A DNA stretch of 64,000 nt. Origin: a virus. A program made the translations under genes and the position numbers. The stretch's first letter is position 1. Every line of letters begins with the position of its first letter. Below are positions 27,587 through 36,984 of this stretch, one piece after another. The notes below the pieces were generated by a model that saw only the letters and a list, made by a program, of their open reading frames with translations, was not told the DNA's origin and did no database searches. The DNA is taken from the UHGV virus genome UHGV-1353844; one strand, written 5' to 3'.

Positions 27587-27961
27587 TTATTCGGTTAATT
27601 CTCCACACAACACAACGTCGATACCAAACATCATTCCCACTTCTTGAAGTTTGTTCGCCAGTAAGTGTCGATGACAAAACTTACCTGCGGGACAATAACA
27701 CATCAAAACCAAGTCATCGTGTCTGAGTAACGACACTAAAACTTCGGCATCAGTATCTAACAGTCGTTCGAGTTTGTACAAATACTTTATCGTGTACTCA
27801 CGTTCAGCGGCAGCGTCCTTGACAGAAGATTTATACGCCATTAGGAAATCCCAGTCGGGGGCGAGTTCCTTTCGACCTGACTTCACGGTGATATCCACCG
27901 CGTGAAATCCTTTCTGCTTAGCTAACCGCCACTTAGCGAGTTGTAGCGTCCAGATACGCAT
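27587..27961 (-). CDS. small conserved protein with CYC...C.HR motif (DUF488-like, tentative)
   Basis: LVLMCYCPAGKFCHRHLLA segment. Confidence 0.35.
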   Translation of the reverse strand: MRIWTLQLAKWRLAKQKGFHAVDITVKSGRKELAPDWDFLMAYKSSVKDAAAEREYTIKYLYKLERLLDTDAEVLVSLLRHDDLVLMCYCPAGKFCHRHLLANKLQEVGMMFGIDVVLCGELTE

Positions 27962-28158
27962 TAGGAGCGAGTCTGCGATTCAGCCATCAACGCACAACTT
28001 TTTACAGCTTGTGCATGAAGCTCTGTACCCGGTGTATAATCCTTTATACAGTCCTGGTACAATTCACGTTTCGTTTCTAAAGTACGGCTATCTAACTCAG
28101 CACTTGCGAGTGCCCCTGCAATAACGATAAAAACTAGAATCGGCAACCAAATTTTCAT
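27961..28158 (-). CDS. small secreted protein with two Cys
   Basis: signal peptide MKIWLPILVFIVIAGALASA; weak paralogy to 28155-28367. Confidence 0.45.
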   Translation of the reverse strand: MKIWLPILVFIVIAGALASAELDSRTLETKRELYQDCIKDYTPGTELHAQAVKSCALMAESQTRS

Positions 28159-28367
28159 TTCCCTCCTCCCATTCGATTAGCGTATTCCGTACACGCCATT
28201 ACTAATTCAGCGTAGCGTGGATTATCTACAGTAGTGCCTGACATACATTCACGATAAAGGGAGTCTCTACGTGATTCGTCAGACGTCTTAACGTAGAACA
28301 TCAACATCGCTACAATCAACGCAGTTGAAACGATTGCTGAAATGATATATCCGTCATTTATTTTCAT
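28155..28367 (-). CDS. small single-pass membrane protein with two Cys
   Basis: TM segment IISAIVSTALIVAMLMFYV. Confidence 0.45.
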   Translation of the reverse strand: MKINDGYIISAIVSTALIVAMLMFYVKTSDESRRDSLYRECMSGTTVDNPRYAELVMACTEYANRMGGGK

Positions 28368-28884
28368 CTATAAAACACCAAGGTTCCGGATAAAAGTCTG
28401 TAAGTAAATCAACGTAAAAACTACGTAAATTTGTTAGCCTTATAACACACCCTAACAAATCCTGATCAGTGCGATGATAAATCACCACAGAAGTTTCTGA
28501 TAATCGTTTAACATGTATAAACCCATCATCTTTTATTCTGCGATACAGCATCTTAAAATCGATTTCACCTACCGTATCAGGTTCACCTACGACGGAAAAC
28601 CGAATATGTGGCCGTTCGCTACCTTGGGTTGATAAAAATTCCTCTGTCGTCATTGCATAAACCTGCCCTAAAAAGGATAGGTGTGGAATTACTTCTTTAC
28701 GCAACTCGCTGCTCGAAATCTTAGCAAAAACCTGACGTTCCGTTAAGCGCATTAATCCACCTAATCTCTTCAAGTCTTTGTTATATCTCAAAAAAAGAGC
28801 CACTTTCTCGTCATGCGTAATAGGCGGCCATTCGACCGCCTTTGCACGACATTGCTTAAACCAACCCACAAGTCGTGCTATCAC
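28354..28884 (-). CDS. hypothetical protein
   Basis: 176-aa ORF. Confidence 0.55.
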   Translation of the reverse strand: MIARLVGWFKQCRAKAVEWPPITHDEKVALFLRYNKDLKRLGGLMRLTERQVFAKISSSELRKEVIPHLSFLGQVYAMTTEEFLSTQGSERPHIRFSVVGEPDTVGEIDFKMLYRRIKDDGFIHVKRLSETSVVIYHRTDQDLLGCVIRLTNLRSFYVDLLTDFYPEPWCFIDENK

Positions 28885-28886
28885 GT

Positions 28887-29579
28887 TTAGTAATCCTCAA
28901 TCTGGTTTACTACACTTTGAATACGTGTTGCGACTTCATTAGTGTCCAGGTCAGTTTCGTCTACTTTATCCACGAGTTTCTGTACTTTACGTACATGTGG
29001 CTCGGTGATATCAAAACGACCACGGTCGGCTAACAGCAACGTTACCATATCCTTACGCGAAACCATCAGTTCCTCTTCAGGTAAGTGTAAGGATTTGTCT
29101 AATAGTCCAGAATGCATGAAGTTTTCCAGTAAGCGTTCTTCTCCCTGGTCGAAATCATAGCGTTCATTAGGCGCAGCAACGAAAGCATAGCCGAAGTAGT
29201 TTTCTTCTGTCTCACGTAGCGACTTGATGATTTTGTCGCCGTGCTGACAGAAGTCACTTAACGTGTAGTCGTCAAGCGTGGCCACGACGGTTTCTGCTTG
29301 TACACCATTATCTGTTTCGTACAGATGCGCAACCCAGAGTTTCCAGTTACGTGGTTCGTCAAACAAACCACCGATTAACATATCAGTCGCTGCCATGCGC
29401 ATACGCGGTGACGTTGTGAACTGGAAACCACGACCTGCGTACGGACCAATAGGACGAATAGAGCTACCGACGAAAGTAATACGGTTTAGCGCATTTTCAG
29501 CAATGGTGTGCGCAGTACGGTTAGCAGCCGCTTTCGGGTTATACTTTTTGTTACGAGGTTTCTTTTGTTTGGTAGCCAT
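28887..29579 (-). CDS. hypothetical protein with basic N-terminus
   Basis: 230-aa ORF. Confidence 0.6.
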   Translation of the reverse strand: MATKQKKPRNKKYNPKAAANRTAHTIAENALNRITFVGSSIRPIGPYAGRGFQFTTSPRMRMAATDMLIGGLFDEPRNWKLWVAHLYETDNGVQAETVVATLDDYTLSDFCQHGDKIIKSLRETEENYFGYAFVAAPNERYDFDQGEERLLENFMHSGLLDKSLHLPEEELMVSRKDMVTLLLADRGRFDITEPHVRKVQKLVDKVDETDLDTNEVATRIQSVVNQIEDY

Positions 29580-30061
29580 TATTTATTCTCAACTAATACT
29601 GTGTGAAATGCTTTGTAAAGAGCTTGACGTGCTTCAATTAATACAGGCCGATTAATCAAGCACATGTATCCGATTTTCCAAGACCAGTAAGACGTGTCAT
29701 CGGTATTTAATCCATAGTCAGGTTCAAGATATACCAAATCCGTGTATGCGTCTGGTATATAAAGACGACACAAACTAAGATTCCAGAAATTCGGTAAATC
29801 TGATTTTGCAAGTTCGGTCATAACCTGCATTGGAATCTGACTTCCAATAGCGTCTGTTGCAAAAACGATATGCAGATTTCCAGGTGACTTAGAATACATA
29901 CCGTGACCTTCACAGCTCCACATTGTCGCCAGGTGCGGATGGTCGTTGATTAGTTTACAGGTATCACGAACACCTTTCTCAATGTAACCGTTTTTGATTG
30001 CAGACTGAGCACGTTCTTTAAACGACGCCAGTCTTTCTGCGCCAACAGAAAATTGAATCAT
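29579..30061 (-). CDS. hypothetical protein
   Basis: 160-aa ORF. Confidence 0.6.
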   Translation of the reverse strand: MIQFSVGAERLASFKERAQSAIKNGYIEKGVRDTCKLINDHPHLATMWSCEGHGMYSKSPGNLHIVFATDAIGSQIPMQVMTELAKSDLPNFWNLSLCRLYIPDAYTDLVYLEPDYGLNTDDTSYWSWKIGYMCLINRPVLIEARQALYKAFHTVLVENK

Positions 30062-30564
30062 GACGGACTCTTCCCTAAAATTATCTCACGCATTTCCAGG
30101 TAGGTGTCAAACGGCACCACGGTGTCTTTATAACGCAACGTTACGTAGGTTACGAAGTGTTGCGGTGCCAGGAAAGCACGTTTTGGCGACCCGTCGTGGT
30201 TGTAATACTGTTTCGGACGATAATTGTTGAAAATATCTTCCCGTGGGAACAGCGATTTCTGAATAACCACTTCCCAACGATGTGGTGTTTCCAAAAGCGC
30301 AATACGACCCAGTATGTCATCTACCCAACGTTCCTTGTTTTCAGTTAATACGAAACTGATGTGGTGATGTTGAACTTCTGCTAATGCAATTTCGGGTTCT
30401 TTATCCAGTTTCAGCAATACCGCAAACAGAGGACGGTAATCGGAATCGTACAAGTCACGGAAAGTGGTTTTCTCACGCTGTTTAAACAACTCAACAATTT
30501 CTTTAGATTCGAAGCAATTCATTTTGAAATCCCCAATTCGTAAGTAACTAAATCGAACAAACAC
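30058..30564 (-). CDS. hypothetical protein
   Basis: 168-aa ORF. Confidence 0.55.
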   Translation of the reverse strand: MFVRFSYLRIGDFKMNCFESKEIVELFKQREKTTFRDLYDSDYRPLFAVLLKLDKEPEIALAEVQHHHISFVLTENKERWVDDILGRIALLETPHRWEVVIQKSLFPREDIFNNYRPKQYYNHDGSPKRAFLAPQHFVTYVTLRYKDTVVPFDTYLEMREIILGKSPS

Positions 30565-30914
30565 ATTTCCAGCATTGCCTGATACAAGGTGTGTTCTCCA
30601 TTACCTACAAAACCGTTGGTCAACATTTTATACGTATCTTTCCCAAACATCGTCATGGTGTCAATAGGACGTTTTTCGATAATACGTAGTAGCGAAATTT
30701 CCATTACAATCCAATAAGCAGGTTCAACCCTAATTCTAAATAACGGATCAATTTTACTTATTGTTTTATCCCAAATCCTAAACCAACGAACCCATTCTGT
30801 GCTATTCTGGGGTATACGCAATCTAAGACGCGTATACGGTGAGTTGTTATATTGGTCAATAAATGTCTCAATGACATCAGCTTTTCTTGACATTATACCT
30901 AATATTGCGGTCAT
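30519..30914 (-). CDS. hypothetical protein
   Basis: 131-aa ORF. Confidence 0.5.
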   Translation of the reverse strand: MTAILGIMSRKADVIETFIDQYNNSPYTRLRLRIPQNSTEWVRWFRIWDKTISKIDPLFRIRVEPAYWIVMEISLLRIIEKRPIDTMTMFGKDTYKMLTNGFVGNGEHTLYQAMLEMCLFDLVTYELGISK

Positions 30915-30960
30915 CTCTATATTCTCCTAATCATTAAAATAGCCGCAGTTGTAAAAAAGA

Positions 30961-31482
30961 CTACGGGTTAAAAGGTAGCGGCTTGCAATCCCGCTTTTTC
31001 AACTCTTCTACTAACTCAGGTAATGTACACCAACGTTTAAATTTGTTGTTGGCTTTAAAGTGGCCGAGAATCTCCTCTACGCGTTCAATAGACCACTTCC
31101 CTTTACCCACGTTATCCAAATCTTTACGTACCGAGAGCGTCTCAATGGTAAACGCTAACTCTGAACTATCCGAGTGGTCGTACAACAATCTTACTGGTGT
31201 AGATTGGTGTAGCGTAACACGCCACCCTGACTCTTTAGCCCAGTAGACGTCTTTAATTCGACCACTGACGTCAATTACGGAACTGATATAAGTCCAGTCA
31301 TCTTCCAGTTTATTCTCTTCAGCAGTTAATGCTTCTTCTAATCGTAAAGAGTTAGGAGTCGGAATCCACCAACCGTATTTACTGTAATAGTCGTCTACTA
31401 CAGTAATACCTTCGTAATACAGATATTGTGTTTTTGTATTAACGAAAATTTCATCGCCAATTAAGACAGCGTTTATCTTCAT
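30961..31482 (-). CDS. hypothetical protein
   Basis: 173-aa ORF. Confidence 0.6.
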   Translation of the reverse strand: MKINAVLIGDEIFVNTKTQYLYYEGITVVDDYYSKYGWWIPTPNSLRLEEALTAEENKLEDDWTYISSVIDVSGRIKDVYWAKESGWRVTLHQSTPVRLLYDHSDSSELAFTIETLSVRKDLDNVGKGKWSIERVEEILGHFKANNKFKRWCTLPELVEELKKRDCKPLPFNP

Positions 31483-31967
31483 CGTAAGTGCTTCCTGTAA
31501 AATAAGTCGTACGTTTGTGATGAAGCTGTATCAATCGAACCTACTAAGGGAATGATATTCTTTTCGGTTATACCTGTTGCCCATGCTGCTCGAGCAAAAC
31601 CTTGACCCGAACCCGTTGCCCAAACCGTGTTTTTATTCAGTACACGAGATTCAAATTTACCCTCTAGCAGCCCGAGCCAGTGTGTTTCCTTAGCTGTAAA
31701 AATGATAACCTGATCGAAAAGTTGTTCTTTTTCGATAAGATCTTTAAATATCTCTTCAACCTTAGTTCGCTTTTCTTCGATCAAATATTTTTCTGCTCCG
31801 GACATTATCGTCGTTTTCCAGAGATCCGAGTCCAATACACGTTCCCCAGTGTAAACAACGAATTTGTTTTTGTATTTGTGTAATTTAGGAAGCTCTTTAA
31901 CTGTGCCGCCGTAATCAACCAACCGATCAGCTAAAATGTAATCCTTTGTTACTAATACCGTTGTCAT
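31479..31967 (-). CDS. HslV-like proteasome-type threonine peptidase (tentative); start ATG at 31967 giving Met-Thr-Thr N-terminus
   Basis: MTTVLVTKD N-terminus, ATGSGQGFARAAW resembles the HslV GSGG.YA.AAA motif; SD GAGGTG. Confidence 0.45.
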   Translation of the reverse strand: MTTVLVTKDYILADRLVDYGGTVKELPKLHKYKNKFVVYTGERVLDSDLWKTTIMSGAEKYLIEEKRTKVEEIFKDLIEKEQLFDQVIIFTAKETHWLGLLEGKFESRVLNKNTVWATGSGQGFARAAWATGITEKNIIPLVGSIDTASSQTYDLFYRKHLR

Positions 31968-31980
31968 CACACACCTCGAA

Positions 31981-32020
31981 GAAAAATAAAAGTACCCTCT
32001 CTCCATTAGGAGAGAGGGGC
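31981..32020 (-). terminator. rho-independent terminator
   Basis: ccctctctcc-atta-ggagagaggg hairpin, A-run before on plus strand. Confidence 0.65.
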
Positions 32021-32025
32021 ACTGC

Positions 32026-32295
32026 TTAAATCTTACGACTGCTACCGTAGCAGCCACGACCGGCTGTCGTTTTCGCAGCACTGACAGGTGCTAACGCAGC
32101 CATCGTACCATCGGCCTTAACAATGTGTAAGTTACCTGCGCGAACCAGACCTTTAAAGGTAATCTTCACACCCTTGCGTAAACTCTTCACTTCATACCCG
32201 TCGAGTTTGAGTGTTTTAACTTTTTCAGGTTTACCTTCTTCGTAATAGGAAAGAACATTACCCGCACGTTTCTCAACAATGTAAATCTTAGCCAT
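32026..32295 (-). CDS. small Lys-rich protein
   Basis: 89-aa ORF with own promoter-like motif upstream. Confidence 0.5.
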   Translation of the reverse strand: MAKIYIVEKRAGNVLSYYEEGKPEKVKTLKLDGYEVKSLRKGVKITFKGLVRAGNLHIVKADGTMAALAPVSAAKTTAGRGCYGSSRKI

Positions 32296-32331
32296 TTTAG
32301 ATTACTCCATTTAGTTAAGTGAGAATTCTCA

Positions 32332-32353
32332 CATAGATGAAATATATCTTAAA
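32332..32353 (-). promoter_or_regulatory. variant promoter-like motif (AGATATATTTCATC) with hairpin 32319-32332
   Basis: architecture motif-hairpin-ttaactaaa-SD-ATG shared with site 13118. Confidence 0.35.
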
Positions 32354-32396
32354 TTTTTTAGACCATTAACAACACAATGCTGAAGTTATATCGAAA

Positions 32397-32729
32397 TTAG
32401 TGTGGTTCTGGTTCGACATAAATTTCCCCAAACACGTATGCGGTTCCGGCTTCATTCGTCGGTTTAGCAACACACCACATCCATTCTTTGGTTTCAGGTT
32501 TTTGCCAGGACAACAAAAGAACACCGTCACAAATTTCAGAGGTATCCACTTCTGGATGATACAACATAAATTCGTTGTCGTTGCCATCCATTACAACAAA
32601 CTGCCCTTCTTCGATTCTTTCGAATTTCGCGACGCCTACCGCGATCGGTGCGTCATCAACAGTAAACGACACGTCACGTTTTGGCAAATCACGGTGAATA
32701 GCACTTAACCACATCAGATTGTTCCTCAA
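32397..32729 (-). CDS. hypothetical protein
   Basis: 110-aa ORF; alternative overlapping ORFs in other frames are weaker. Confidence 0.5.
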   Translation of the reverse strand: MRNNLMWLSAIHRDLPKRDVSFTVDDAPIAVGVAKFERIEEGQFVVMDGNDNEFMLYHPEVDTSEICDGVLLLSWQKPETKEWMWCVAKPTNEAGTAYVFGEIYVEPEPH

Positions 32730-32767
32730 TTAATTTTGTTTACTTGTGCATAACTACGGCTATACGC

Positions 32768-32808
32768 GTAAAATAAATACACCCTCTCTCCAAACGGAGA
32801 GAGGGGCA
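32768..32808 (-). terminator. rho-independent terminator, stem nearly identical to 31981-32020
   Basis: ccctctctcc-aaac-ggagagaggg. Confidence 0.65.
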
Positions 32809-32810
32809 GC

Positions 32811-33317
32811 TTACAGCAGATTCTCTTCGCGATCATCTACCAAGATAGACGTAATGACATAACGCGCTAAGCGACTACGCGCTTCTTCAGTTTCTTCGTC
32901 GGACGGTAATGGCTCACCTGCTGGCGCACACAACGTCAGTCCTGATTCACGAAGCTGTTCCGTGTACTCTTCTACGGCAGTTTCAAACGTACCACGAATA
33001 CCTGCGACAGTGTCCATAATCTCATCAGTTGGGATGATGGATTCTTTCAACACAGCATGGGCATCAGTAGGTTCGACGGAGTCTAAGTTCAGTTCGACCA
33101 GCAACGCTTTCTTCGCCAGACAGTCAGTGATAAAACACGACAGAGCTTTTTCAAACTCATCTAAACTGAATTCGGTGTCGTCAGAGGCACCGGTGATGAG
33201 CTGACCGTAACGGTTAAACAGCTCTTTACAACGTGTTTCATAATCAGCATCGATATCACGAACACCGAGGTCGAAATCGTGTTGTTCGAGCTGATTAAAA
33301 TCCAGAGTCTCACTCAT
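32811..33317 (-). CDS. highly acidic protein (candidate DNA mimic, speculative)
   Basis: 168-aa ORF with very high Asp/Glu content. Confidence 0.6.
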   Translation of the reverse strand: MSETLDFNQLEQHDFDLGVRDIDADYETRCKELFNRYGQLITGASDDTEFSLDEFEKALSCFITDCLAKKALLVELNLDSVEPTDAHAVLKESIIPTDEIMDTVAGIRGTFETAVEEYTEQLRESGLTLCAPAGEPLPSDEETEEARSRLARYVITSILVDDREENLL

Positions 33318-33356
33318 TATTAAAGTCTCCAGTTAAGAGGTCATATTACCTGCTGA

Positions 33357-33584
33357 CTAGAGGGCCAGCGTTAACCCCGTGTGGGTTTGTACTGAACCAA
33401 CACCGTCACGCGCTTTCGCTTTTGCGATAAGTTTGTCAATCACACGTTGGTGACTGCGCGTAATAACTTTACCCGGATAACCGATAATGAGCGCATTTTC
33501 GCTGTTGATTACCGCCGAGAATTCGTTATCACCTGCGACGTAAACAATCTGTTTGTTTTTGGTTACAATACGTTTGATTTCCAT
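33357..33584 (-). CDS. hypothetical small protein
   Basis: 75-aa ORF. Confidence 0.45.
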   Translation of the reverse strand: MEIKRIVTKNKQIVYVAGDNEFSAVINSENALIIGYPGKVITRSHQRVIDKLIAKAKARDGVGSVQTHTGLTLAL

Positions 33585-33593
33585 TCATCATCC

Positions 33594-34367
33594 TTAAAAG
33601 ATAAAGTGGCCGGTTAATGGTTCTACCTCAACTCCACCCATAGACGGTGGGGCTGTGTATGGAAACGTGAGGCGAACAGTTGCGCCTTTCAGATAAGCAA
33701 TACGGAAATACGTGGTTAGCAGTGCGTTTCCGTAAGTACAGTCGTTATAGAAAAAACCTTCGGTGGCAAACGTCTTTTCATTGATTTTCGAATAGACTAA
33801 GATACCTTCAACCTTACCGTCTTTACGACAACACAGCCCTTCTGCCGCACCTACGGCTAACAACCCTAAACAGTGCGTGTCGAGGCTGACATTAACAACC
33901 TTAGGAATCGTAAACGTCTCTTCTAACGTTAGGGATTCAACGTCGACCACGTCAGGTAAGTCAGTACGTACTTCTGGCTTCTCAGTAATCGTAAGGTCAT
34001 AATCGATAGACGTTGGTTGCATACCCAAAAACGTCATTAACTGATCACGACGTTTTAGGTCATTAGCAGGGTAGGTAACGTCAAACATCTTCACGTTTAA
34101 CAGACGTTTGAGTTGGGCGAAGTTGATGTTCTTCTTCGCAAACACAACGATTGCGGACATATAGAAAATCTTACCGTCTGCACGCCCTGAAAAGATGCCC
34201 TGTAATTGGTTAGTATTCGAAAGGATGATAAAGGTAGGGTCTTCAGATTCCCGAATGATTTCCTTTTCCATTAACCCTTTGCGTACACGGGTTAACGAAA
34301 CCATTTTACCTTCTACACCAATCGCTAAATGGTCATTACGATAATCGTGGATATCCACTATACGCAT
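33594..34367 (-). CDS. hypothetical protein translationally coupled to dam
   Basis: 257-aa ORF; start overlaps dam stop by 1 nt. Confidence 0.6.
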   Translation of the reverse strand: MRIVDIHDYRNDHLAIGVEGKMVSLTRVRKGLMEKEIIRESEDPTFIILSNTNQLQGIFSGRADGKIFYMSAIVVFAKKNINFAQLKRLLNVKMFDVTYPANDLKRRDQLMTFLGMQPTSIDYDLTITEKPEVRTDLPDVVDVESLTLEETFTIPKVVNVSLDTHCLGLLAVGAAEGLCCRKDGKVEGILVYSKINEKTFATEGFFYNDCTYGNALLTTYFRIAYLKGATVRLTFPYTAPPSMGGVEVEPLTGHFIF

Positions 34368-35182
34368 TAGAGCACTCCTAACAATTCCGTTACCGTTTTA
34401 CGAGCAGCACCTGACGCACCCATGTATCGCCCTACTTCTACAGAACGCCATTCGAACCCGTAATAAATCTCACGCGTTAGTAACGTATCTGCATTGGACA
34501 ACACAACGCTATTCCCCTTCTCAACCTGCTTAAACAGCGCTCTGGCGAGTTCTCGATGGTCAGCCTGGGAAAACTCCTTCCGATGGTATTGGGCGTGTTT
34601 AGCGGTCTCTGAGAGCGGTATATAAGGTGGGTCTGCGTAAATCACGCTGTCTTCCGGTGTACGCTCTAAAACTGTTCGGAAATCTTCACAAACAATTTCT
34701 AAGTATTCCGGTTCTTGACAACGTTTAGCCCAACCACGAATCTCTTCTAACGGGTAATACACACCGTTAGGATAGCGACCAAACGGAACGTTAAAACCAC
34801 CGCTGCCGTTGTAACGACACATCCCGTTAAAACCGTGACGCATTAAATACAGAAACATTGCAGCACGGTCTAACGGAGCCATATCCGTTTCGCGATTAAA
34901 CAGTTCTCGTCTCTCCATATACTTAATACAATCGTTACCGTCTTCGAATAGCGGTTTCGACTTTAAGATAAGTTCTTCAGGTTGGTCTTTCGCCACGTTC
35001 AGCAACTGAATTAAGTCAGGGTTAGAGTCAGCAAGAATGTAACGTTTATAACGTGTGTTCAAAAACACCGACCCTGCACCAACAAACGGTTCAACGAATG
35101 TTGTACGTTCAGGTAAGACTTGTAATAAGGTGTCGATAATCCGCGATTTGCCACCCATCCACTTTATAATTGGTTTATGCAT
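34367..35182 (-). CDS. dam: DNA adenine methyltransferase (Dam, GATC N6-A)
   Basis: near full-length similarity to E. coli Dam: KWMGGKSR, VEPFVGAGSVFLN, FLYLMRHGFNGMCRYN, DPPY motif. Confidence 0.9.
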   Translation of the reverse strand: MHKPIIKWMGGKSRIIDTLLQVLPERTTFVEPFVGAGSVFLNTRYKRYILADSNPDLIQLLNVAKDQPEELILKSKPLFEDGNDCIKYMERRELFNRETDMAPLDRAAMFLYLMRHGFNGMCRYNGSGGFNVPFGRYPNGVYYPLEEIRGWAKRCQEPEYLEIVCEDFRTVLERTPEDSVIYADPPYIPLSETAKHAQYHRKEFSQADHRELARALFKQVEKGNSVVLSNADTLLTREIYYGFEWRSVEVGRYMGASGAARKTVTELLGVL

Positions 35183-36161
35183 TAATTCCGCCTTGTAACG
35201 ATGACATTTCGTCGCCTAACACTAACTCGACGCGGTTTTTCCGACGCTCCCAACTGACGACATCGTCGTCGCGCACTAAAACAAATTCGTACTCGTAGGG
35301 ACGGAATTTAAACAAATCTACAGCCAGGTGTCTAAATGCTGGGTTGTTATTGTAACACCCTATTTCTAATGGTGCTGCTGTTGTCGATGCAATCTGTAAA
35401 GCACGGTACAACAACGCACGCCCAATCCCACGGCCCCGGTGTGATTCACTTACCGCAATGGCTTTTAGTTCGCACTCGCTAAGATTGCGTGATTTAACTT
35501 GCACCACACCCACAATGTCGTTACCGTCCATCCAAACGTAAGTGTAGTGATTGACGTGACGCACTAACTCCACCAGCGTTTCAACTTGCGGCATTATTTG
35601 TCGAGAACGCGTCACAGGGTCAGCATTGATGTTTTCAACAACGCTAGTGCCAAACAACGTCATGAGCTGTTCACGTTGTGCTCTGGTTAAGTCTTTATAG
35701 AAGTCGCCGGAGACGTTCTTCACGTTCGTCGGTAAAGTGACATCCAGTAGCTTACGCGTACCTAAACGATATGCTGTGTGGGTATGTCTAAACCCTAAAT
35801 CGTTAAGCTCAGCAATTTCTTCCACACCTCTGGCAATTCGGTTAAGGTACGTAAACCCAGTATAGTCAAGTACCAATAGAAGGCTCAGTTTGTTCAAACA
35901 CCCAGGTACAATTTCATGCATATACAAGCAGTGTAACGTTGGGTCACCGTAAATGTGTTTTGTGATGATAAACCCTTGGATTGTTTTTCCTTTTTGTAAA
36001 GAGAACGTATTCAGCTCAGTATTGCACAGTGCTTCACGAATCGCCGCACCGTTAGGCCCCGTTAAACATGCCTGAAGCTGAGGATTGCGAATATCTCTAC
36101 GGGTTAAGCGTCCTACGGTTAAATCAGAAGAGGTTCTTTCTATCGTTTTACGATATACCAT
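35175..36161 (-). CDS. protein with C-terminal GNAT acetyltransferase domain
   Basis: HRGRGIGRALLYRALQ acetyl-CoA binding motif. Confidence 0.6.
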   Translation of the reverse strand: MVYRKTIERTSSDLTVGRLTRRDIRNPQLQACLTGPNGAAIREALCNTELNTFSLQKGKTIQGFIITKHIYGDPTLHCLYMHEIVPGCLNKLSLLLVLDYTGFTYLNRIARGVEEIAELNDLGFRHTHTAYRLGTRKLLDVTLPTNVKNVSGDFYKDLTRAQREQLMTLFGTSVVENINADPVTRSRQIMPQVETLVELVRHVNHYTYVWMDGNDIVGVVQVKSRNLSECELKAIAVSESHRGRGIGRALLYRALQIASTTAAPLEIGCYNNNPAFRHLAVDLFKFRPYEYEFVLVRDDDVVSWERRKNRVELVLGDEMSSLQGGINA

Positions 36162-36204
36162 TTTAATACTCCTTATCGGCTTTCCTCACAACAAAAGAAA
36201 AAGT

Positions 36205-36236
36205 TGTAAAAAGAAAAAGGGAGCCGAAGCTCCCTG
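36205..36236 (-). terminator. rho-independent terminator
   Basis: gggagc-cgaa-gctccc hairpin, A-run before on plus strand. Confidence 0.6.
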
Positions 36237-36247
36237 TTTGTTACAAA

Positions 36248-36931
36248 CTACCAAAGCTTAGAACTAGTGAATGCTGCACTAGAATCTGGAACTTTGCCTC
36301 TTAATTTATCACGCAGAAGTTCAAAGAACATGCGATGATAAGCGTAATATTTTTCCAACCGATTGTATTCAATCAGGTTTTCTAACGCCGGATGAAAGCG
36401 AAGATGTTTGTTAGGACTGGTAAGGGAAAACGGAACGACTTCTTCATTAAGCAAGATAGGATACTTAACACTATCGCCCATTTCAGCATACAACATTTTG
36501 GTGTCGAAAACGAAATAAGCCGTTGGGTGAAAGCCTAACCACGTTGAAGCCTCAACAAAGAAGTCAGTCAATTTACTAGCAATCTGGCTGATCATCTTAT
36601 CGTCTGATTTAAACATCAGGCGCAGGAAAATCTCGCTAATGACTGAACCCGTAAGCAGTTTTTCTTTGTGGATACCTGGCACGACTGCCAGTACCTCATC
36701 GTCGAGTCGACAGACAAGCGTGTACAGGTCGAATACCGGGTAATGGTAAATATCGATCGTTAAACTCGCACGCGGAGTGTAACTTAAGATTTTATCCCCG
36801 TGTATTTCTGTGGCGGGCGGCATAAGCGCAAGCTTCTTGCTAGGCCCACCCTGTTTAACTTCTGCTTCCTTAGTATCAATCGGTTTTTCTACAGTTTCTT
36901 TAACTTCAGTTTTCTTAGTTCTCGGTGCCAT
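36248..36931 (-). CDS. hypothetical protein
   Basis: 227-aa ORF. Confidence 0.6.
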   Translation of the reverse strand: MAPRTKKTEVKETVEKPIDTKEAEVKQGGPSKKLALMPPATEIHGDKILSYTPRASLTIDIYHYPVFDLYTLVCRLDDEVLAVVPGIHKEKLLTGSVISEIFLRLMFKSDDKMISQIASKLTDFFVEASTWLGFHPTAYFVFDTKMLYAEMGDSVKYPILLNEEVVPFSLTSPNKHLRFHPALENLIEYNRLEKYYAYHRMFFELLRDKLRGKVPDSSAAFTSSKLW

Positions 36932-36984
36932 GATATTTAATCCTCATCTGTAGAACAAGTCGTAAAGAGATTACGATGTAATCT

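Noticed and set aside
32366-32708. Alternative overlapping ORFs (73 aa minus, 102 aa plus)
   Set aside because: Overlap the better-supported 110-aa minus ORF 32397-32729 in other frames; only one can be real, and the plus ORF is antisense
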